From a virus, in IMG/VR virus record IMGVR_UViG_3300042894_006198, positions 1 through 64,000 of that record: a stretch of DNA of 64,000 bases. The stretch is one strand, 5' to 3'. The notes beneath the pieces are model-generated. The model was not told where the DNA came from and searched no databases. It worked only from the letters and a program-made list of their open reading frames with translations. The translations under genes were made by a program, and so were the position numbers. Positions 50,826-62,800 of the stretch are shown piece after piece. The stretch's first letter is position 1, and every line of letters begins with the position of its first letter.

Positions 50826-53800
50826 ATGGTAACTAAGGTACGCACAATCGATTTTTTGCCTGAAATATTCAGGACTGAGACTAACAGACAATTTTTGTCT
50901 GCTACACTTGACCAATTGACGCAGCAAAAGAATGTATCTGCCGTACAGGGATATATTGGCGAGAAATTTGGTTATGGTATTAGTAGAAATGACAAGTATG
51001 TTGTTGAGCCTGATAAAACTAGAACTGATTATCAGTTAGAACCTGCAGTTATCTTTTTAAAAGATGATACGCAAACACCACAAGACTTCATCACTTATCC
51101 TGGCATCGTCGATGCACTGCGACAACCCAATAATGTTACCTTAAACCCACAATCATTGTTTGAACAAGACAGTTACAGTTGGGAATCTTTTATTAACTAT
51201 GACAAATTATTAAACTATCAGCAGTACTATTGGTTACCGCTTGGTCCTGACACCGTGTTAGTATCTACTGATACTGTATATAATCGCAGAACCTATACCG
51301 TTATTGATTCAAATGATGGTTATCGCATTTCAACGTTTGCTCAAAAAAACCCAATCATCACGTTATTACGTGGTGGAACATATAAGTTTGTAGTCGATGG
51401 CAATGCGCCATTTTGGATTCAAGGTGTCCCAGGCACCAACGGAACCGAACCCCTATACCCAAATATAAGCACAAGAGATGTACTAGGTGTTACAAATAAT
51501 GGTACGGCAAGTGGTGAAATAACCTTTACAGTACCTGCAAGAGATGCACAATCGCAGTATATATTGCCTGGTAATCATACGGTGGATATTATTTGCACAA
51601 GTAATTATGATGACATAAATGGTAAAACTTTAGCAGATATTGGTGGTTCAATTGATGGTGTTACTGATTTGAATGGTAAAACTATTATGTTTTACGGTCC
51701 ATCTAGTGTGGCTAATCAAATTAAGTACTATCGTATTGAATATGATACAAACAATAACTTAACTGCAACAACAACACCTGATGCTAATTATACAAGTGTT
51801 TCTACCATTGGCGTAGTTGATGTAAGTGATATTTACGCAGGTATGGTTATTTCAGGTAGTGGTATACCATCAGGTACTATAGTAGAAAACATTATCAATT
51901 CAAATTTATACTTAAGCAATGCTATTACTGTAACTACATCAACTACATTAACATTTAGCAATAATCGTTTTCCTGTGCCACCATCAGTGTCAGTAGGCTA
52001 TAACGCAGCACCATATGCTGCATATGATCAAAATTATATTGATCCACTACAAAGTTCATATACACCCGTAGAAATTGGTTTTGATCAAACAATTGTATTA
52101 CGCTTGGTAGATATTGGCAATATTCCTACTATGGAAACTATTACTGCTAACTTAGGTACTGTATATCAAGCAAGAAAGTTCTTTAGAAATTTAGCAGGTC
52201 AAATTGAGTTAATACCATATCTTAGCGCACAATTAGATAGACTATACTATCAAAACGCTAATGATCCAAATAGTGTTGGTATTATTGAATTGATTGAAAG
52301 TAACGCTGATGCTTATATCTACATTAGTGATATTCTCGGTAAAACAAATTATACAAGTCCTAATAAAGTACAATTTACTAATGGTTTGAAAATTAGTTTT
52401 GAAGGTAATGTAGTACCAAGTTCATACGAGGGTAATGAGTATTATGTAGAAGGTGTAGGAACAGCCATTCAATTGATTCCTGTAGGTGATTATGCAACAC
52501 CTGAGATCTATACTGATCCAATTTTTGTACCTTATGACATGGAACCTTACGATACAACAGGATATGATGTTGTATTGAATCAACCACTTGATGCGGATTA
52601 TTTAACAATTAGTAGATTATCACGTGATCGCAATGCATGGTCACGTAGCAATCGTTGGTTTCATTATGATGTGTTACAAGCTACCTACAATTATACAAAG
52701 AGTGCACGTTCATTAGAAGATTTACAAAGTACAACAAATAGAGCAAAGCGTCCTATTATAGAATTTGTGCCTAATTTAAAATTATTTGATAGTGGTACAA
52801 AATCATTAGGTTCAGTAGACTTTTTTGATACTGCTACTACAGATTTATTATCTACTGTAGAGGGCATTGTACCTACATTACCAACTATAGCTAATTTTTC
52901 ATCAGCAACAGAGGCTATTGTAACCATTAATAATACACAATTGGTTGGTACTATTAATCCATCTTTACCTGTTACATTAATCGAAGGACAATCTGTTGTA
53001 TTACAAATACCTAGCACATGGCCTACAGAATGGCAAGTTTTAGATAATCAAATATATTATATCTATGACATAAACACGTCTAGCCCAACTGTTACTACTT
53101 TTAAATTATCAAGTGTTTCTACTATTGATACACCTGATCCTCTTGATACAAATGGTTTTACAGCACCATCAGTAGGCACAGCCTATGCAAGTTTTGGTGA
53201 GTATATTATTGATGGTGAAAGTGTATTTGATGGTGCTAGAATTATTGTAAGTAATGATACTGATGCTAGTGTACGAAGTAAAGTATATTATGCAACCTTT
53301 GTTCAAATCGATACAGCGGGAACTGTTGTAGCAAGTTTTGTTCCTGATACAGATGTTACAGTGACTAATTTAAGTCAAGCAGTTATTACACGAGGTGACG
53401 TATCTTATAATCATCTTGGACGAACATTTGTTTATGAAGATGTGTTGTTTAATAATGCAGGTGGATGGCAACAATGTCAACTAAAGACAGGACCTAACCA
53501 AGCACCCCTATTTGATATATTAAATGAAAATGGTGTAAGTTTTAGTAATACGTCATCATATCCTGCTACTACTTTTGCAGGAACAAAGTTATTTTCATAT
53601 ACAGAAAATAGTTCTAATCCTGATGATCCTGTATTAGGTTTTCCATTAGAATACACAAGTTTAGAAAATACTAGTGATATTAATTTCACAGTAAACCTTA
53701 ACGTAGATACATTTAGTTATACAAGTGGTTCAACTACTGTTACAGAATTAATCAATACAGGCTATGTTAATCAATATGAAATCATTGATGTACCAACCAA

Positions 53801-56800
53801 GCGTATTGGATGGGTAAATTCTATAGAGCAAAGTGTACAATATCAAGTATTTTCATTTACAACATCAGCTCTTAATACAGCAAACAATATTACAACGGTA
53901 AGATGTGATATTCCTGCTCAACCTGACACAGGATGGAATCCTGTTAAAGTATATCTAAATAATCGTTACTTAAAACCAAATGAATTTACCTACACAGTGA
54001 CTTCATCAGAAACTATTGTGTATATACCTAATGGATTTAATGATTTACCTGTTGTAGTGGAACTGCTTAGTGCAGAGGTTAGTCCTACAGCATACTATAC
54101 AGTACCTACTAACCTAGAAAATAATCCATTCAATGTCAACCCAACAACAATTGATTTAGGTGGTATTAGAAATCATTGGATTAGTATATGCGAAAATAGT
54201 GGATTAGTAACGGGTAGCTTTGTTGGTAATAATAATAGTCGTGATTTACCAAATTTAGATCCATATGGAAATAAGATTATTCAAAACAGTGCGGCAATGT
54301 TGTTGCCTGGGTTGTTTTTGCGTAAAGCAGGGTATAATATATTAGATGCGTTAAATTTTAATTCTAATGAATATACAAATTATAAACAAGTTATTGTTGA
54401 TACTGCTTATCAGTTAGATTTTGGTCCTTACGACAGCCCATCGACCATATTAGATACTATAGTACAGCGTTTAGTACAAGCTAAAGCAGATACTGCTCCT
54501 TTCTTTTGGAGCGATATGTATTTTAGTGGCGATCCTTATATCACTAACACTTATCGTTTCCGTAATCAAGCAAGCACTGCTACCTATACATTAAGTAGAA
54601 TCTATGATTTTACAAGTGCAAATTACTATGGTTTAGGCATTTATGTAACACGTATCATTGATGGTATTGCACGTGAGATACAATTATTGCGTGATGTAAA
54701 TTGGGTAACTAGTACAACATCACCTAGCGTAACCATAACCTATAGTTTTTTAGCAGGTGATGTTGTTACCGTTAAAGAATATAATCAAACTTATGGTACA
54801 TTCTGTCCTAATACACCATCAAAATTAGGCACCTATCCTGCTTTTGTACCACAGGTATTGCTTGATAATACATACCTTACGCCAACGTATTTTATTGTAG
54901 GTCATGATGGTAGTTATAATAAGTTATATGGTACATATATTAATGGTCGTTTAACAGACCCACGTGACATTGCACTGTTTGAGTTTGAAAATCGTGTATG
55001 GAATAATATTAAAGTAACACAAGATATTCCTATTGTTTATGCCGATGTAGCCCCAGGCAAATTCCGCACCACGTCATATTCTGAAGAAGAAATTTTACAG
55101 ATTAAAAATCCATCATTCTTAAATTGGATTGGAAAGAATAGATTAGATTATAGAACTAATTTCTACCGTTCAAATAACGCATTTTCATATAATTATCGTG
55201 GCAGCACAATGAGTATTGATGATAGTATCATTACTCAAGGCTATTGGCGTGGTATATACAATTGGCTATATGATACAGATACGCCAAACATTACACCATG
55301 GAAAATGTTAGGCTTTGCAGTACGTCCTACATGGTGGCTAAGTTATTATGGTGATGCACCATATACTAGTGATAATACTACATTGTGGACAGATTTATCA
55401 AATGGTTTTGTTTGGAATAATGGTGATAGTTATACTATTACAAAATATGTTCGCCCACAATTATTAAGCATTATACCTGTTGATAGTATGGGCAATCTAG
55501 TGCCACCATTAGAATTAGTTGTTAATTTCTATAATACGCTTGATTTTAATAAAAGTTGGTTACCAGGCGATGACTCCCCAACCGAAGCAAGTTATGAAAA
55601 GAGTAGCACTTATCCATTTGATTTAATGCGTTTGTTAGTATTGACAAAACCTGCACAATTTTTTAATTTAAATGTTGATCGTGATTTATATAAGTTTGAT
55701 GTTGAGTTAGGGCAATGGTTATACAATAACCGTTATCATATTAACCCTAATGATATTGTTGTATATGGTGATGGTACGCCAAAGCATAGTTATATTAATT
55801 GGGTAGTAGATTATTTAAATCAGCGTGGTATATCATCAACCTCTGAGGTACAAGTATCTTTACAAAATTTAGATGTGCGTTTGGTATATCGTGTTGGTGG
55901 ATTTACTGCTAAAAAGTTTTTAAGTTTTCTAGTAGAAAAAGCAAGCACTAATAGTGCAAACACAGGATTATTGATTCCTGATGATAGTTATAACATATTA
56001 TTGTATGATAACGTGCCATTTGATAAGATTACTTGGTCTAGTGTGGTTGTACAAAAAACTGAAAAAGGATATTCAGTTTGGGGTAATAGTTTAACACAAA
56101 GTTTCTTTACTTGTGCTCAACCCTTAAACAACAATTACAAAGAAGTTGTTAGTTATGGTGATTATCGTGTCAGCGTAAGTACAGGATTTAGTAAAACACA
56201 AACTTACATTGTGCCTTATGGTACAGAATTTTATAGTTTAGAAGGTGTAGCTGAATTTTTAGTGCGTTATGGCGCACACTTAGCCAATCAAGGTATGTTG
56301 TTTGTTAACATATTTGATGGGGTAGAATATAATTGGACACAAATGGTTGCTGAGTTTTTATATTGGCAATCACAAAAATGGTCAGTGGGTAGTTTAATTA
56401 ATCTTAACCCTAATAGCCAACGTTTAAGTATTAACAAAGATAATTTTATTGTACAACCATTAACTTTACAACAAAGTAATTTTGTACTTGATCAAAACAT
56501 GTCGCCTATCAAACCAACGAATATGATGATTAATCGTGATGGCACTGCTTTTGAGTTACAAGTAAAAAATGTTGGTGATACTTTAGCTTATTCTGTTTTC
56601 AACATGTCAAATATTGAACATGCTATTGTGTTTGATAATATTACATTGTTTAATGACGTTATCTATAACGTATCAATTGGTTTACGTCAAGAACGTATTT
56701 TAATGAAAGGATATGTTACTGCTGAGTGGAATGGCTATGTTGATGCACAAGGATTTTTATTAAATCAAAATAATGTACAAGAATGGCAATCAAATATCAA

Positions 56801-59800
56801 GTATTCAAAGGGACAAATTGTTACTTATAAAGGACAATATTGGGTTGCATCTGAAATTATTGAACCTAACGCAAACTTTAATCAAGAACAATGGATAAAG
56901 AGTGATTATGAATCTGTACAAACAGGATTATTAGCTAACCCTAGCACTGAAGCTGCGGAAGCATTGTCTTTTTACAATACCAACGTTGCTGCATTAAATG
57001 AAGATACTGATTTATTATCATTTAGTTTAATTGGTTTTAGACCACGTGAGTACATGGCAGCAGCAGATTTAAGCAATATTAGCCAAGTTAATATCTATAA
57101 AAACTTTATTAAACAAAAAGGCACTAATATTATTGCTAATACGTTCAAACGTGCTGAATTTGCACAAGGACAAATTGACTACGATATTTACGAAAATTGG
57201 GCAATTAAGAGTGGTGAATTTGGCGCAGTAAACAGTAGTAATTTCGTTGAAACATTATTAATTGAGGCAGACTTAAACAGTAACCCAACGATTATAGGAT
57301 TTACTGATAGTAACATTACCTCGGTTAATGGTGCTCAACAAAATACAAACATCAATGAATTAATTAATTGGGACAGAAAACCTTCTACTGCTAATTTCTT
57401 GCCACCTATGATATCAAATTATACGGTGCAGCAGGGTATACCCACAGCAGGTTATGTTAATTATGATGATGTTGAAATTACTTCATATACTTACGAAGGT
57501 TTAAATGATTTAACAACCACTGTACAAAATATGTACTATGGTGATTATATATGGTTGGCTGATTATTTAAGTACATGGAATGTAAGCACACCATTAAGTG
57601 TTGGCGCAGTAGTTGTATTATTACAAAATAATTTAAACAGTACATGCACGTTAACTTTTGATAAGCCACACGGTTTAGTAAAGAATCAACGTTTCAGCGT
57701 AGTTGGTTTTAATAGCGAAGTAGATGGATATTATATAGTAAACACGGTATTATCACTTAATTCAGTACTCATTAATTTAATACTGCCAAACAATATTCGT
57801 ACCATTGAAGGTGTAGGTATTGCTTTTAAGTTTCAGAATCATCGTGTTACACAGCCAAGTGCAGCTAATAATTTCCCTATTGCAGGTAATGAGTTTACTA
57901 GAAAGAAAATTTGGGCAGATGAAAACGGTCCTGAGCCTGATAAACAGTGGGCAGTATGGGAAAGTGTTCCCGTATTTCAACTTACCACATTAACAAGCAC
58001 TGCTAGTAGTGGACAAACAGGCGCAGTTGCCTATAATTCTACTGTAGGCTCAGTGGTTGCTTATGCAGGTTATGTTCGTGTATTCCCATTAATTGGTTCA
58101 CCTTATAATCTACTATCATCTTCTAGTGTAACAGCTATTGCTGTGGCAGGAAGTTATATTTTTACAGTAAGTGGCACAACCCTAAGAATTTATAATGCAC
58201 CAACAACTACAGCAGTACAAACAATAACGTTAAGTAATACATGTACAAGTATTGACACAAGTGCAACAGGAACTATTGTATATGTTGGTAGCCCAAGCAC
58301 GAATAATGTTTACCAATATGTTAACACAGGTGCATCTTGGGTAGCAGGTGCAACAATTACTACACCTAGCGCAAGTGGCAGTGTAGGTGCTGTATTAGGG
58401 TTTGGTACATCTGTTACATGTAGTAATCAAGGTAATAAGTTATTTGTAGGCGCACCAACGTCAACTATTAGTGGTATTACACAAGCAGGTGCTGTATATG
58501 CGTTTGATTATACAGGCAGTGCAGTAAATTTACAACAAACTATAGTCAACCCTGCACCACATCAAGGTGGGTTATTTGGTAGAAGTGTTTCTACTTTCCA
58601 ATATGGTAGTGATTTTATAATTGGTGCACCATTTAATTTACAAACTGTTGATGGTATTAATAACGTAGAGGGCGCAGTATATCGTTATACAAGTCCTGCA
58701 CAACGTTATGGTACAATAAGCGGTGTAGTATCAGCAACTTATCCATTTAGTGGTACCTTATACATTGATAACGATACAATTACTATTACTTCAGCAGCTA
58801 ATTTAGCAGGTATTGTGTCACAAATTAATGCAGGATTAACGGGTTCAGGTCGCACTGCGCTAGCATCATATAGTGGTTCAACGTTAACGATTGCGGTAGA
58901 TCCTGACTTAGTGGATACACCACTTAATTTAATTGACATTAGTAGTAACAGTGTGGCTACACTAACTGCTTTAGGTTTGACACCCTATGTGTTAACACAA
59001 ACAATTTACGAACCTTACAAAACAAATACATCACAATTTGGTTATTTGGTTGCGATGAATGAGCTTAATAGTATAGCTATTTCTGCACCTACAGCAACCA
59101 AACATGATTTAACTACATTTGATTTTAGTGATGATTATGCTAATAATGACACTATATTTGATTGGGGTGCTACTACATTTATTGATCAGTGGCCTTTATT
59201 TGGTGAAGTTTGTGTATACGATTATCTTCCTGCTGCAAATGAAAACATATTAAACACAGGTAAGTATGTTTTTGCAGAATATGCTAATGATCCAACATAC
59301 AACATTGCTAATTATGGTTTACAACCACAATATGGTAACGGTGGATTATCATTTAATAACAGTGTTATTACTGTAACTAGCCCAAATTGGGGTACACCTG
59401 ATGTTGGTCGTGTAACACAATTTACAAATAGTAATAGACAAACATGGAACGTTATTCGTGCTCCATTGGCTGCCGTTGATATTAATAAGTTACAGTTTAT
59501 TGAAATATACGATACTATTGACAATCAAACATTAGATTATCTTGATTATATCGATCCAATACAAGGGAAAATGTTTGGTGCTGTAGAAAGTAATATAGAT
59601 TTTATTACAACAAAAGATCCTGCAGGATATGGCATTAACAAACCTGCTTGGACAGAAGATATGGTAGGTCGTATTTGGTTTGATCCAAGTGAAATAAGAA
59701 TGGTTGATACACATCAAAGCGCATATGGTACACCAACCATTCCTGATAGTGTATACAATTCTAAATATTGGGCACAACCATTTGTAGGTAGCTTACCACG

Positions 59801-62800
59801 TGTATATCGTTGGACAGAAAGTACGGTAGATCCTCTTAACTACAGCGGCCCAGGCACCCCTCTCGATTTTGAAACATACGTATCAGTTACCGTACAAGAT
59901 AATAATATTAATAGTTTAGTTACGTTGTATTATTTTTGGGTAGAAAATAATCCCATTATTGATACTAAGATAGGCAAAACACTTAATACATCAACAATAG
60001 CATCGTATATTCTTAACCCATTGGGGTCAGGTATATCTTACTTAGCACCATTAGGTACAAATTCTGTAGCATTGTTTAACAGCACTAATTATGTTCGTGC
60101 TAATAATAGTGCGCTACATATTGGATATTCAAGCACTGTCAATTCAGATCAAAAACATATTGAGTTTAATTTAATCCGTGAGGGCGATCCATTTGATTTC
60201 TTAAATGGTGTGCCAAACACACGTCGAGTAGGTCAAGAAGAACCAAAAGGGTTATATCTTAAGTTTATTAATAGCTTTGCAGGGCGTAATATTTTAGGAC
60301 AAACTGTACCTGATACTAATTTGCCATTGTTGGTACGTTATGGAACAAGTAATATCTATCGTCAAAGTATGTTCCGCAATCGTGAATTAGCCCTACAAAA
60401 TTATATTGATTATGTCAACAGCGTATTGATGTTGTACCCAATTACTGAAAGTCGTGTTATACCATTTTTAAATGAGGTTGGCTTAACATGGGATACAAGA
60501 GATTTTTGGTCTTATGAAAATTATTGGGTAAATGGTTACAGCAATGCTACTAAAGCACAAATTCAAGTACAAAGTGTGCCTGAATTAGCCTCAGTCAATG
60601 CACGTGAAGGTTTGATTGCTTATGTACAAACATCTGTAACTAGTGGGAATGGCACATATTATAGTTATACGGATGGTGAATGGGTACTAATTGGTATAGA
60701 AAATGGAACTATACAGTTTTCATCAACTTTATATACTAACACAGATTTAGATGAAACTTCCATGCCAATTCGTTACATTGTTCGTGCTATTAATGAACAA
60801 ATCTTTATTGGTGATTTACAAATTGAGCGTAATCGTTCATTAACATTAATGTTTAATTACATCATGAGCGAAGCACAACAACGTAAGAACTATTTGCCAT
60901 GGTTGAATAAAACATCGTTAATCGACGTTTCACACACTATTCGACAGCTTATACCTTATGAAAAGTTCCAACGTGATAATCAAGATTTCTTAAGTGGTTG
61001 GTTAAATGAAGTAAAACCATATCACGTAGTTATTAAAGATTTTGCTTTCCGTTATGCGGGGCAAGATACTTTTGAGGGTGATATTACAGATTTTGATGTT
61101 CCATCACGTTATGTCAACTCAATGAATCAATACGAAAGTCCAATATTGGTTTATGAATTAACGCAAACACAAGAAAATGAATACTTACCTACTAACCCAA
61201 TATGGACAACAAGCCCTTATGTAAATTGGTATAACAATTATGGTCTTAGTATTGACTCAAGTGAATTAGAAAATTTAGCTATTGCACAGTTACGATTCTT
61301 TGTTGGACGTGATGCAACAAGTATATACATTAGTAATGCTTATGGAATGCCTGCAATTGGGTATATACAAATAAATGATGAAATTATTGGTTATAACTTT
61401 ATTGATTATTATCGTGGGCGTTTGGCAGGGTTGAGTCGTGCAAGATTTGGTACGGAGATTGCGACACATAATCCTGGGGCGGACGTGGTATGTACGTTTG
61501 ACCCTGTTACAGTGATTGAAACAGGACGAGCATATGCTAACCCACCAACTATTGATGTCGTTATTGATACTGCAGTATTTCCTGAGCCACGTGAGCAAGC
61601 CATATTAACACCGATTATGGCTAATGATCGTTTAATTGGCATACAAGTAAACGATGGTGGATCAGGTTATGGTCAACAACCTGAAATTATTATACAACCT
61701 GCTTTTGAAGAAACATTTGCCGCCACAGCATTTAATACAGGTACAAATCGTGTAACCTTAACATCATCAACAAGCTTTATCAGTGGCGATTGTGTTCGTT
61801 ATCGTGTTGAAGCAGGTAGTACACCTCCTATTGGGTTAACAGATGGTGCTTATTACTATGTTCGTGTAGACACAGCATCTAATAGTTTATACTTGTTTTA
61901 TAACAAAGCAGCAGCAATTGCTAGACGAGGAGATGTTAATTACGATGATGATCGTGTTATCATGTATGGTGGTGCGGTAGGTAATGGTCATGTGTTTGGA
62001 CAAACAGCACGTGCAGTGGCATTTACAACAAGTCGCCCAACACGTGAAATTAAAACAACAATTAAATTAGATCGTACAAGCTATCGTAGTACCATATCTT
62101 CATGGGATGGTTCCAACACTGCTTATGCAGGACCTTTCACTGATCCATTGAATATAAGTTCTTCATTATTTTTAGCAAGTGGTGAGAATTATGGTTTAAT
62201 CAGTAATAGCAATATTACCATACCAACGACATTGCCTTCTACAATTTCCGTTACTACAACCACAGATCCCACTGTGTTTAAGTCTAATCAAGTAGTTGCG
62301 CTAACTGCAACGTCAGTATGGGAACCTGCTACATATGGTAATGGGCAAACCATTGTTACTTATAATACAGCAACTTCACCATTTTCATCATTTGCCATTG
62401 TAGATAATCAAGGATTAAACTTTGGTGGTGGTGCAGCAGCATTACGTGGTGCAGCTATAAGTTTTGAAAGTGATGGTAATCCTGATTATGATTTACTTGG
62501 TACACCACAATGGAATGGTAATAATTTAGCTAATACGAGTAACGTATATTGGAAGAGTATTTCTAGTATTACATCAGCAGCTTTAGCTACTGTTACAACA
62601 ACCACTGATCATAATTTAGTTAATTGGCAAAAAGTATACCTTGCAAATATCACAACAACACCAACAAGTGGTAATGTTATTAATAATAAAACATTTTATG
62701 CTAATCGTTTATCTAACAATGCTTTTTACTTGTATTCAGCTAATACTAATAGTACAGGATTAACAGCTAATGGTAATTACACAACAGGTAATATTATTAA

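Noticed and set aside
52393-61642. Short - strand ORFs in the right 13 kb
   Set aside because: All lie antisense within the giant + strand ORF and have no recognisable motifs
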